Assembly (NCBI GenBank): GCA_002269645.1
Contig: NIVC01003054.1
Location: forward strand, 1-64,000
Length of the DNA stretch: 64,000 bases
Source: Macrostomum lignano
Taxonomy: Eukaryota
Reading direction: 5' to 3'
Below, piece after piece: positions 50,201 through 62,419 of the stretch. Position 1 is the first letter of the stretch. Every line of letters starts with the position of its first letter. Below the pieces are notes generated by a model. The model searched no databases and had not been told where the DNA came from. It was given only the letters and a program-made list of their open reading frames with translations. Position numbers and translations under genes: made by a program.

Positions 50201-53200
50201 CCCAGATCCTCAGTTGCTAGGCCAGCCTCCCAGATCCTCAGTTGCTAGGCCAGCCTCCCAGATCCTCAGTTGCTAGGCCAGCCTCCCAGATCCTCAGTTG
50301 CTAGGCCAGCCTCCCAGATCCTCAGTTGCTAGGCCAGCCTCCCAGATCCTCAGTTGCTAGGCCAGCCTCCCAGATCCTGAGTTGCTAGGCCAGCCTCCCA
50401 GATCCTGAGTTGCTAGGCCAGCCTCCCAGATCCTCAGTTGCTAGGCCAGCCTCCCAGATCCTCAGTTGCTAGGCCAGCCTCCCAGATCCTCAGTTGCTAG
50501 GCCAGCCTCCCAGATCCTCAGTTGCCGGGCCGCAGCCTGATACTGTATCAGTTTGATTTTCCAATTGTAAAATATGATTATCTTATTAACCCACGCTTAT
50601 CAAAGCAATCATTGCATGCAAAATAAACACGGTGTGGGTATTTACTCAGCAACCAGCTATCAGTTATGTCATTTAGATTGATAAATTAGCCTTGATTGAA
50701 TAATTAGTTAGTTTGGTGACAATCAAGAGGAAGTGAATAGGTTAAATTTCATGCAGTTGTTTCAGTTAAAACTTATCGATTGCATTATGTTAACGGTAGC
50801 TTTGACAGCAGCTGGCCGCTGCAACTTATATGGGGTTGGTAGATCTGCACTGTCGCGCCATTTTATAAAGTCTATAAGCTTGTTTGAGTTATATTAAACA
50901 GTAAACCGCTTGACCGGGCACAGCTGTGTGCCCTTAACTCAGTCCTTGCGTGTACTTCACTCCTCCTATGTGTGTTTATTGACTATAATACTTTTAACAT
51001 TAGGTTATAATATTGTAAAGGAAAATATGCATACTACTGAGATGTGGCAAAGGGAATGAATGGATTAAATCAGATGAGAAGGATTTATCCTGATCTTCCC
51101 TTCTCTCTCCTTTCCCGTCCGTTCCCTTCCCTGTCCGTCTCTGGGCCGTTTCCCATAGCAACGCGCTAACCAAGGTCTTCTCTCTTGATGGGGAGAGTTC
51201 TATTTTTAGCTCCAGTTAGTTGTACACAAGCTTTCTGCGATTTTGGGATAGAGAGTGGGGCCGCTCTCTCCTGATGGCGTGATGCACTTTACGCCTCTCA
51301 TCTCAGCGCCTTTGTCAGCTGTGAGATTCGATTCTGGTCAGGGCTTTCCAGTCCAGATTCTCTTTTTCAGTAGTCCCTGGCTTAGAATGCAGGACAGGGG
51401 GGTCAGGCGTGTGAGTCATCGCTTGGCACCGAAGTGTGTCCGAATTTGGGGTTCTTCTGCGCCAACTTTTTAGTATTTTTCTCTTCACTAAATATGTTTA
51501 ATGAAGGTTGAGGGTGGGCGGGCTTTGTAGGCGGGTGGCCTGATGCTGGTTGCAAATAGTCCTGACCTTTTTTGAATTGTGCAGTGCGGGGGGGTCCTAC
51601 GCAAGGGTTGGATATTTTTATTTAGAAACTTGTATCATTCAACTTGTAAATTTTTATGCTAAATATTTTTTAAATTATCCTTGTTCTCACTCTTAGATTA
51701 CAAGTCTCACTCTTAGATTACAAATCTCATTCACAGATTGCAAATCTCTTTCCCAGATTACAAAATCTCATTCCCAGATTGCAAATCTTAGTCCCAGAGT
51801 AAAAATCTCACTGTCACATTAAAAATCTCACTCCCAGAATACAAATCTCACTTTTAGATTACAAATCTCACTCCCAGATTACAAATCTCACTCTTAGATT
51901 ACAAATCTCACTCTTAGATTACAAATCTCACTCCCAGATTACCAATCTCACTCTTAGATTACAAAATCTCACTCCCAGATTACAAATCTCTCTCTTAGAT
52001 TACAAATCTCACTCCCAGATTACAAATCTCACTCTTAGATTACAAATCTCACTCTTAGATTACAAATCTCACTCCCAGATTACCAATCTCACTCTTAGAT
52101 TACAAAATCTCACTCCCAGATTACAAATCTCTCTCCTAGATTACAAATCTCACTCTTAGATTACAAAATCAATTGTCAAACTTTCTTCAACAAACCGCCA
52201 GGCCGTTCTTCCGCACGGAGCAAGTGATCATCATCCCCAGGAACCAGAGCCCGGTGCCCATCAGTTCCTATGACTACTACGACTTGCCAAAGCACAAACA
52301 ACTTGGGCCAGCGCTGAGCAAAAGCTTTCTTAAACGGGTGCTACAGCTGCAGTTAGATGTAGTCAATCTGTCTGTGAAGAGTTCGCTTGGCACAGCGAAC
52401 ATCACCCTGTCGGATATCTGCTTCAAGCCGCTGGCTCCTGACTACACTACCTGCGCTGTGCAGAGTCCGCTCGGATATTTTCAGGTGCGTCTTTGTCACT
52501 CTCGATTGCAATAAAAGGGGTGACATTTTGAGATTGTCACTCTCGATTTGAGATTGTCACTCTCGATTTGAGATTGTCACTCTCGATTTGAAATTGTCAC
52601 TCTCGATTTGAAATTGTCACTCTCCATTTGAAATGGTCACTCTCCATTTGAAATGGTCGCTCTCGATTTGAGATTTTCACTCGATTTTAGATTGTCAGTC
52701 TCGATTTGGGATTTTCACTCTCGATTTGAGATTTTCACTCTCGATATGAGATTGTCACTCTCGATTTGAGATTGTCACTCTCGATTTGAAATTGTCACTC
52801 TCCGTTTGAAATGGTCACTCTCCATTTGAAATGGTCGCTCTCGATTTGAGATTTTCACTCGATTTGAGATTGTCAGTCTCGATTTGGGATTTTCACTTTC
52901 GATTTGAGATTTTCACTCTCGATATGAGATTGTCATTCTCGATTTGAGATTGTCACTCTCGATTTGAGATTGTCCCTCTCGATTTGAGATTGTCCCTCTC
53001 GATTTGAGATTGTCACTCTCGATTTGAGATTGTCACTTTCGGTCTGGGAGAGTCACTCTCGATTTGAGATTGTCACTCTCATTTTGAGATTGTCACTCTC
53101 GATTTGAGATTGTCACTTTCGGTCTGGGAGAGTCACTCTCGATTTGAGATTGTCACTCTCATTTTGAGATTGTCACTCTCGATTTGAGATTGTCACTCTC

Positions 53201-56200
53201 GATTTGAAATTGTCACTCTCGATTTGAGATTGTCACTCTCGATTTGAGATGATTGTCACTCTCGATTTGAGATTGCCACTCTCCATTTGAGATTGTCACT
53301 CTGGAGTGGGAAGGTGAGATTTCGGAGATTATATAATTATTGGTTATTATTTATTCATGCACTCGCAGTCCAACATGAGCCGCCTGATGCAAGTGAAATA
53401 TGACGAAGAGATGCTGGCCATGGACACGCACCTCATCGTTAGCGACTGGTGGATGCACATGTCCGCCTGCACCGACAATCCCATGGGACCGTCGTGCCTA
53501 TCCGAGTGGGGCGGCCCCATCAACCCCGCCGTAGTGTTTGGAGGCTACAATGGCTCGGAGTTTTTGAATGCTAGCGCGATTGTCCTGACTTTCTTGGTTA
53601 GCAACGACCCCGCTGTGAGGCAGAAGGCTATCGACTGGGAGGCCGGCTTCATGGAGGTCGTGCGGAGGTTGGTTTTGGGCTCTGGCGTGGGGAATGAGGG
53701 GCGTGAGAAATGCAGGCATGAAAAAGAACAGACAGATGAGAAAGAACAGACAGATGAGAAATGCAGGCATGAAAAAGAACAGACAGGTGAGAAATGCAGG
53801 CATGAGAAAGAACAGACAGATGAGAAATGCGGGCATGAGAAAGAACAGACAGATGAGAAATGCAGGCATGAGAAAGAACAGACAGGTGAGAAATGCAGGC
53901 ATGAGAAAGAACAGACCGATGAGAAATGCAGGCATGAGAAAGAACACAGGTGAGAAATACAGGCATGAGTAAGAACAGACAGGTGAGAAATGCAGGCATG
54001 AGAAAGAACAGACAGATGAGAAATGCAGGCATGAGAATCGGCCCCTCCAACCCGCAGACACGCCAGCTCTCACGAAGACCTGTGGGACATTCGCTACCGC
54101 AGCGAGCGCAGCATCCAGGATGAACTGGAGCGGGAGTCGCACTCGGATGTTCTGACCATCCTCATCAGCTATTTAGTGATGTTTGGCTATGTGACAGTCA
54201 CCCTAGGCCAGTACAAGTCCTGCTCAAGGGTTATGATAGATTTGAAAATCACTCTAGGCTTGGCCGGAGTTGTCATCGTACTGCTGGCCGTGTCTTCATC
54301 TCTGGGAGTCTGGAGTTTCCTGGGCTATCCGGCCACCCTCATCATAGTGGAGGTGGTGCCGTTCCTGGTGCTGGCAGTCGGGGTTGACAACATCTTCATC
54401 TTGGTGCAGGCCTATCAGCGGGACTACAGCGCCTGCACGGATTCGGTGGAGTCGCGCGTGGCTCGGGCTGTTGGCCGGGTCGGGCCCAGCATGCTGCTGT
54501 CCAGCGCTAGCGAGTCTGTTGCCTTCTTCTTCGGAGCTCTGACACCGATGCCAGCTGTCCGAGTGTTCGCCCTGTACGCTGGCATGGCTGTGCTGATTGA
54601 CTTCCTGCTGCAGATCAGCTGCTTTGTGGCTCTGCTCACTCTCGACTGCAAGCGACAGGCATCTGCCAGGTGAGTTGCTTTATTAGCTTGTCACAATGGC
54701 TAGCGACTGACCTCCTGCGCTGCCAGGCTCTTCGGGGTATTTATAGGGTGGGTATTTGTAGGGCTATTCTAGGGTATTTATAAAGGTATTCTAGGGGTAT
54801 TTATAGGGGTATTCTAGTGTATTTCTAGGGGTATTCTAGGGTATTTCTAGGGCTATTCTAGGGTATTTATAGGGGTATTCTAGGGTATTTATAGGTATTC
54901 TAGGGTATTTATAGGGGTATTCTAGGGTATTTGCAGGGGTATTCTAGGCTATTTATAGGAGTATTCTAGGGTATTTATAGGATTATTTGTAAATGTATTC
55001 TAGGGGTATTCTAGGGGACATTCTAGGTGTATTTCAAGGTATTCTGGAGTTATTCTAGGGATATTTCTTGGGGTTTTCTAGGTGTATTTGTAAGACATGT
55101 ATTCTAGGGATGCTTCTAGAAGTGGATGCAGAAGGGCAATGACCTAGGGGCTATTTCTAAGAAAAGCTACAGTCGATATTTCAGGGGTATGTTACAGGGG
55201 GGTATTTCAGGGGTATGTTACAGGGGGGTATTTCAGGGGTATGTTACATCGGGTATTTCTGGGGTATGTTACAGGGGTATTTCTGGGGTATATTACAGAG
55301 GGTATTTCTGGGGTATATTACAGGGGGTATTTCAGGAGTATGTTACAGGGGGGGTATTTCAGGGGTATGTTACAGGGGGGGGTATTTCAGGGGTATGTTA
55401 CAGGGGGGTATTTCAGGGGTTTGTTACATCGGGTATTTCTGGGGTATGTTACAGGGGTATTTCTGGCGTATATTACAGAGGGTATTTCAGGGGTATGTTA
55501 CAGGGGGTATATCTGGGTACATATTTGAGCTGGGTACTTTAGTAGGGTGCTGAGAAGGCATTACAGCGACAGCAAAAGGAATAATTTTGACTGATGCTAA
55601 TACATAATGTACATGATGCGATGCTCATCTCCAGATTCGACATGCTGTGCTGCCTGAGCAGCAAGTCGCAGCCCATGTCCAGCCGGCCCGAGGACAGCGC
55701 CACGGTGAAGTCGGAGAGCCGCGGCTTTCTATTCCAGCTGTTCAAGCGCCACCTGTCCCGCGTGCTGTTGTCCCCAGTCTGCCGACCAGTTGTTATCCTA
55801 GCATTTGTCAGCTGGGCATTCGTGTGCCTGGCTGCCATTCCGGGCATTCGCAGCGGCCTGGACCAGGAAATCAGCATGCCAGTAGACAGCTACATGATCG
55901 GATACTTTGATGGAGTGAAGAAATACCTGAGCGTCGGACCGCCCGTTTACTTTGTACTGGCTGGCCAGGGTATCGATTTCTCTCGGCCAGCTCACGCCAA
56001 GCTGGTGTGCGGCCGGGCCGGCTGTCCTCAGGACTCCATGATGAGCCGGTTGTCGCGGCTGTCCAAGCCCGACCGGCAGTCGGTGTCGTATCTGGCCACT
56101 CCGGCCAGCTCGTGGCTTGATGACTACGTGGACTGGCTCAGCCCGAGCGGCTCTGGCAGCGGGGTGCAGTGCTGCCGCTATCGAGCTGGGAAGCCGCATC

Positions 56201-57864
56201 AGTTCTGCCCAGCCTCCCTGGGCCCTCAGCCAGACTGCACCGGTTGCCAGGTGAACTTCACCACCAGCAGCAGCAGCTCCTGGCCGGATGCCAGCAGTTT
56301 CTATGGCTACCTGGACTTTTTCCTTCGCGACAATCCCGGAGTTGCCTGCGCCAAGGGAGGCCACGCCGCCTACGCCAACGCGGTGTCCCTGGAGCGGCAA
56401 TCGTCACAGCCTGGCAGTAGCAAAGTGTCCGCAGTGTCAGCCTCTCATTTCATGGCCTACCATTCTGTGCTGAGAACTGACTCCGACTTCACCAACGCTT
56501 ACCGATCGGCTGTCGCCATATCCGATGGCATCAATGCTAATTTCAAACGCCAGCTGGGTCGCGAGCCCGAGTTCAAGGTGTTCCCCTATAGCGTGTTCTA
56601 CGTGTTCTACGAGCAGTACCTGACTATTGCCAAGGATACGTTTACTAACTTGAGCATCTGCGCAGCTGCCATTGCCGTTGTGACTTTTGTCCTGCTAGGG
56701 CTGGATCTGTACGCTACCGTCATTATTATGCTCACTATTGGCCTCATACTCAACTCTATGTTAGGCCTGATGTACTTCTGGGATATCACCTTGAATGCCG
56801 TGTCTTTGGTTAATCTTGTCATGGTGAGTTTTGTTTGTGTTGCTTTTAGCTATGGATAAGGATGAGTGTGACCCAGGAGTAATATGAGACAGGTGAGATT
56901 AGCAGAGAGACAGGTGCGATTAGCGTAGAGACCAGTGAGATTCTCAGAGAGACAGGTAAGATTCTCAGAAGGACAGGTAACATTCGCAGAGAGACAGGTG
57001 AGATTCTCAGAGGGACAGGTGACATTCTCACAGAGACAGGTGACATTCTCAGAGAGATAGGTGACATTCTCAGAGAGACAGGTGAGAATTTCGGAGAGAG
57101 GTGAGATTACCAGAGAGACAGGTGAGATTTTTAGAGAGACAGATGAGATTCCCAGAGACAGGTGAAATTCTCGGAGAGAGGTGAGATTAGCAGAGAGACA
57201 GGTGAGATTAGAAGAAAGACAAGTGAGATTAGGAGAGAGACAGCTGAGATTCCCAGAAAGACAGGTGAGATTAGCAGAGAGACAGGTGAGATTCTCAGAG
57301 AGACAGGTGAGATTCTCAGAGAGAAAGATGAGATTAGGAGAGCGAAAGGTGAGATTAGGAGAGCGAAAGGTGAGATTAGGAGAGCGAAAGGTGAGATTAG
57401 GAGAGCGAAAGGTGGCATTATCAATGAAATGGTGGGATTATCAATGAGATGAGTGAGATTATCAATTAAATGGCAAGCCTTTAAAGGATTCCGAATTGCC
57501 ACTCGATCCGCAGGCGCTGGGCATCTCAGTGGAGTTCTGCTCCCACATGGTTCGCGCTTTCACCGTGTCCGAGGAGCCAACCAGGCTGCTGCGCGCTCGC
57601 GAGTGCTTCATCCACATGGGCAGCTCCGTGTTCTCCGGCATCACCCTCACCAAGCTGGGCGGCATTGTGGTGCTGGGCTTCGCCAAGTCCCAGCTGTTCC
57701 GCATCTTCTACTTCCGCATGTACCTGGGCATTGTGCTGTTCGGAGCGCTGCACGGCCTCGTGTTCCTGCCTGTGCTGCTCAGCTATGTTGGTGAGTGCGG
57801 ACAGGCAGACAGACGACAGACAGACAGACAGACGACAGACAGACACACAGACAGACAGACAGGC

Positions 57865-57905
<41 letters not shown>

Positions 57906-59753
57906 CACAGACAGACAGACGACAGACAGACAGGCAGACAGACAGACACACAGACAGACAGACACACAGACGACAGACAGACAGACAGACAGACAGACAG
58001 GCTGACAGACAGGCAGGCAGACAGACAGACAGACAGACAGACAGACACAGGCTTACAGACAAACAGATAGACAGACACATAGACAGAAACTAAGACACAC
58101 ACAGACACACAAGTTGCAGCTACGCAAAGCAGCTCCCAGAGGACACAATCGGTCAGGCTTCAATCTCCAAGCCAATCCATTTCATTAAAGTGCGCAGTGC
58201 CAGCCCTGCCGGCCCAGTTGCTGTCCGCCGCTCCGCTCGGCCTGTTGACAGGCGATGGGATTTTTTTATAAACTGCCTCGGGCTGGATAAACCAATTGAA
58301 TTTCTTTCCCATGGAATCCCCAAATGCGCTTATATTGGGAATTCTGGGAGATTAGGAAGAGAATTGCATTGCTGTGCTAGCGGCAAGGGAAGCGTGTGCT
58401 GTGTGGGATTTGATATCAGTAAGTTTTACTATCACACCATAGCAACTCTCCGCTCTGCCCCTTTCTGGTGTGTCACGTCCTTCTGGATTGCTAATAGTGG
58501 TGGGGTGCGTGTCATGGCTTGCTGTCCTTTAATGGCTTATTATTTCAATAGTAAACATATATTCATGGGCTAGAACTAATGATATTATGTATAGAGTTAA
58601 CTAATTGCTCGTGAAATCATTATTTTGGGATCATTGCAGATTGATGGGGATCATGGCAGATTGATGGGGATCATGGCAGACTGATGGGGATCATGGCAGA
58701 CTGATGGGGATCATGGCGGACTGATGGGGATTATGGTAGACTGATGGGGATCATGGCGGACTGATGGGGATCATGGTAGACTGATGGGGATCATGGCAGA
58801 CTGATGGGGATCATGGCAGACTGATGGGGATCATGGCAGACTGATGGGGATCATGGCGGACTGATGGGGATCATGGTAGACTGATGGGGATCATGGCAGA
58901 CTGATGGGGATCATGGCGGACTGATGGGGATCATGGTAGACTGATGGGGATCATGGCAGACTGATGGGGATCATGGCAGACTGATGGGGATCATGGCGGA
59001 CTGATGGGGATCATGGTAGACTGATGGGGATCATGGCAGACTGATAGGGATCATGGCAGACTGATGGGGATCATGGCAGACTGATGGGGATCATGGCGGA
59101 CTGATGGGGATCATGGTAGACTGATGGGGATCATGGCAGACTGATGGGGATCATGGCAGACTGATGGGGATCATGGCGGACTGATGGGGATCATGGCAGA
59201 CTGATGGGGATCATGGCAGACTGATGGGGATCATGGCAGACTGATGGGGATCATGGCAGACTGATGGGGATCATGGCGGACTGATGGGGATCATGGCAGA
59301 CTGATGGGGATCATGGCAGACTGATGGGGATCATGGCGGACTGATGGGGATCATGGTAGACTGATGGGGATCATGGCGGACTGATGGGGATCATGGCAGA
59401 CTGATGGGGATCATGGCAGACTGATGGGGATCATGGCAGACTGATGGGGATCATGGCGGACTGATGGGGATCATGGCAGACTGATGGGGATCATGGCAGA
59501 CTGATGGGGATCATGGCGGACTGATGGGGATCATGGCAGACTGATGGGGATCATGGCAGACTGATGGGGATCATGTCAGACTGATGGGGATCATGGCAGA
59601 CTTATAACCAACTGAAGCACGAACTGAATATTCCCGCACGCGCCCGATCCTTTCCCAGGCCCGTCCCTCCGCCGCAGGCAGCGGTCGCAGGCGGCGGTGA
59701 TCTTCGTTGGTGACGCGTCACCGCCAGCCAAGGAGCTGCTTGACGAAGTCTAG
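47265..59753 (+). CDS. NPC1: NPC intracellular cholesterol transporter 1; join(47265..47315,47404..49046,52202..52484,53369..53667,54058..54669,55635..56823,57514..57790,59659..59753), 1482 aa
   Basis: Signal-peptide exon [17 protein letters not shown] (phase 0), [43 protein letters not shown], sterol-sensing domain [40 protein letters not shown], tail ..KELLDEV*. All phases join. Exon 1 is inferred from splice signals and hydrophobicity. Confidence 0.95.
49085..50532 (+). repeat. 28-bp minisatellite, NPC1 intron 2
   Basis: Unit CTAGGCCAGCCTCCCAGATCCT(C/G)AGTTG, ~51 copies. Confidence 0.97.
51690..52170 (+). repeat. 20-bp minisatellite, 3' end of NPC1 intron 2
   Basis: Unit GATTACAAATCTCACTCTTA. 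Confidence 0.94.
52518..53302 (+). repeat. 20-bp minisatellite, NPC1 intron 3
   Basis: Unit GAGATTGTCACTCTCGATTT. Confidence 0.95.
53703..54036 (+). repeat. 33-bp minisatellite, NPC1 intron 4
   Basis: Unit GAGAAATGCAGGCATGAGAAAGAACAGACAG(A/G)T. Confidence 0.95.
54745..55520 (+). repeat. Two related G/T-rich degenerate arrays, NPC1 intron 5
   Basis: TATTCTAGGGGTATTTATAGGGG-like (54745-55060) and GGGGTATGTTACAGGGGGGTATTTCA-like (55178-55520). Confidence 0.88.
56878..57420 (+). repeat. 21-bp minisatellite, NPC1 intron 6
   Basis: Unit GAGACAGGTGAGATTCTCAGA. Confidence 0.94.
57800..58110 (+). repeat. (GACA)n microsatellite, NPC1 intron 7
   Basis: Imperfect GACA run beginning ~10 nt after the donor. 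Confidence 0.95.
58630..59602 (+). repeat. 20-bp minisatellite, NPC1 intron 7
   Basis: Unit GACTGATGGGGATCATGGCA, ~48 copies. Confidence 0.97.
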
Positions 59754-61393
59754 ATGAGTCATCGCTGACGTCATCAGTCTATATTGGGTTTTGACATGTG
59801 TAAAACTAATTAATAAACATGTTCAACTGGGTCTCCGGTGGTGATGTGTATTAGTAATACTATTATCATTATTATAATTTAATACAGTGTATTAATTAAT
59901 TAGAACTATCGATGAATCTCTGAATAAAACACTGCAAATGTCTTGGAATCTCTAAGCTTTACTATTATTTATTTTTATTATTTTTGTTTGTTTCAATTCA
60001 ATATGCCTGTCACAATTTGTTCAGTAATATTCTGTAACTCATGCAAGCATATATTGATACTGTTTAATTCTTACAGGTATATACGGATTACTGTAAGAAC
60101 TCATTCATATTCGGGTGTCTTTCTGTTTAGCGTTATTCGGCTATTAATATTACTATTGTCAATATTAGCAGTAGTAAATAATAATTAACAATTCTACTGT
60201 TCAATGCAACACATTTCGTGATCTGTGGGCTTAAGTTCTATATTTAAATGCAATTTTTTGTGCAAACTCACTTTTAATGCTTAAAATAAATGTTCTGTGC
60301 AATTTAATTGATGCTGCAGTTAGGGGTCACAGCTTATTTTTTTACTCAGTTCGTCTTCATTTTAAACTCCGATTTTCACATTTTTCAAGGTTGAAATTAT
60401 TTTTAAACAGCATCTTACAGCAGTGAAGTAAAAATAACTTGTGGTATCTTTGGTACTTTTTCAGAAATTATCTTAGAAATTGGCTTAAGGTATTTCTCAG
60501 AAATAGTCTTCGGGTGTTTCTTAAAAATTATTTCTGTTTCTTACAAATTATTTTTAATTGTTTCTTAGAAAATTTTTTGGGTGTTTCAGATTGATGAGAA
60601 AATTAAAGTGCTGAAAAAATTTATGCTTGAATAAACGTATCAGCAGAAATTGGAGTTTAATTTAACAGGGCTTCTGTCTTGTGCACTGCGCTAATGAATA
60701 TGACTGCGCTATATGTAAGTTTTTTTGTTGAAATATTTCCGGCTTTTAAAAAGTTAAGTATTATTGTTATTGCTATGATAAGCTGTATTTGTGTTGCCTG
60801 GCTGTCTGACTCTACAGCTGACAACATTTATCTTATTGTGAGCCCCCCTTTGTTTGTTTCTTTGTTTGTTACACCCAAGATAAACAGCTTTTTGAGCACA
60901 TTTTTGAAACAATCTTCTTTAAACTAAATTTCTTTCGAAATCAACACTTTATATTCCCGTAACGTGTGTGCTTTTGCCACCCGCTCTTTAATGTTTCATT
61001 ATTTGTTTGTCGTTTGTTACGTTTAAATCGTAATTTTTGTTGTTTTTTAGCCCGTAAAATGTTTGCGCTCAAAGTGTTTTCTTTTCAATTGCTTTGTTAT
61101 TTCTACAAGTCCGCATGCCCACCCCGCACCGAAATTCTTTATGAAAAACTTTATTAGACAGTTTGCCCTGTAGCTACACAATTTAGATTGCAAAATATTA
61201 AATATTGGTGTTGAACAATCCTTATCTAATAATAAAACAGCCGGGAATGAGCTTAGCTAGTGCTTAAGTCGCGAAACTCGATTTAAAAGCTCAAAAAAAT
61301 TCTACACGCAATTGCACGTGTTTTTACTTTTCTATTGGTTAACGCATTGAGCCAATTTTCTTGACTGCCTTTTTCTGGTGAAGTAAACCGTGT

Positions 61394-61950
61394 CCCTCAC
61401 CACCCCTCACTGCCTGCCCGACTCCACCCCTCACTCCCTGCCCCTCACCACCCCTCACTGCCTGCCCGACTCCACCCCTCACTCCCTGCCCCTCACCACC
61501 CCTCACTGCCTGCCCGACCCCACCCCTCACTCGCTGCCCCTCACCACCCCTCACTGCCTGCCCGACCCCACCCCTCACTCCCTGCCCCTCACCACCCCTC
61601 ACTCCCTGTCCCTCACCACCCCTCACTCCCTGTCCCTCACCACCCCTCACTCCCTGTCCCTCACCACCCCTCACTCCCTGCCCCTCACCACCCCTCACCA
61701 CCCCTCGCTCCCTGCCCCTCACCACCCCTTACCACCCCTCACCACCCCTCACTCCCTGCCCCTCACCAACCCTCGCTCCCTGCCCTTCCCCACCCCACCC
61801 CACTCCCTGCCCCTCACTACCCCTCACTCCCTGTCCCTCCCCACTCCTCACTCTCTGCCCTTCACCACCCCTCACTCCCTGCCCTTCCCCACCCCACCCC
61901 CACTCCCTGCCCCTCACCACCCCTCACTCCCTGTCCCTCCCCACTCCTCT
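61394..61950 (+). repeat. 24-bp C-rich minisatellite
   Basis: Unit CCTCACCACCCCTCACTCCCTG(C/T)C. Confidence 0.93.
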
Positions 61951-62419
61951 CATCCCTCGTTTTCCTTTCAGTCGAAAATTGAAAATGAATGTCACATCGA
62001 ACTCGAAAGGTCGCTGATCCAGTTCAGCACTCAAAGAAAACTATGCGGCAAAAGGCTTGAACAGAGGGCATAATATGGTTACTGTTCTATAGTTACATCA
62101 AATTTCTGTTCTGGTTGTCATTTTTCCGCGCAGAATAAACTAGAACCTCAGCATGCCCATGACTCTGAGAAAAAAAAACTGTTTCCGGACTAAATGATCA
62201 TATGAGCGTAATATTCAAGTCTGTTGTCAGAGTGTATTTGTGCAAATATTTATAGCAGAACTCTGTAAGCTAAGTACACAGGGAAATTCCAATGCAGCTG
62301 TGTGAAAGCTCGCATTTCCTATTAGCATACTAAACTGGTCACTGTTCGCCCTCAAAGTGCTTTCTGTCATGTTTACTGCAGGGGAACTGTGCTGCTTTTT
62401 ATAGAATTTGTCAGCATCT

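Noticed and set aside
50880-51650. Unique mixed-GC segment in NPC1 intron 2, possibly a retroelement fragment
   Set aside because: No terminal repeats, TSD or recognisable protein motif could be found by eye.
51690-53302. Base-pairing between the two 20-bp arrays flanking NPC1 exon 3
   Set aside because: Only 6-7 nt complementary stretches (AATCTCA, CAAATC), far weaker than the FIS1 case.
557-59753. Functional lipid/organelle gene cluster (ssSPT, FIS1, NPC1)
   Set aside because: KIN17, EML and PBLD are interspersed, ssSPT is on the other strand 12 kb away, and housekeeping neighbours are expected by chance.
59755-59773. Adjacent AP-1 (TGAGTCA) and CRE (TGACGTCA) motifs after the NPC1 stop
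   Set aside because: Single short motifs in a 3' UTR are expected by chance.
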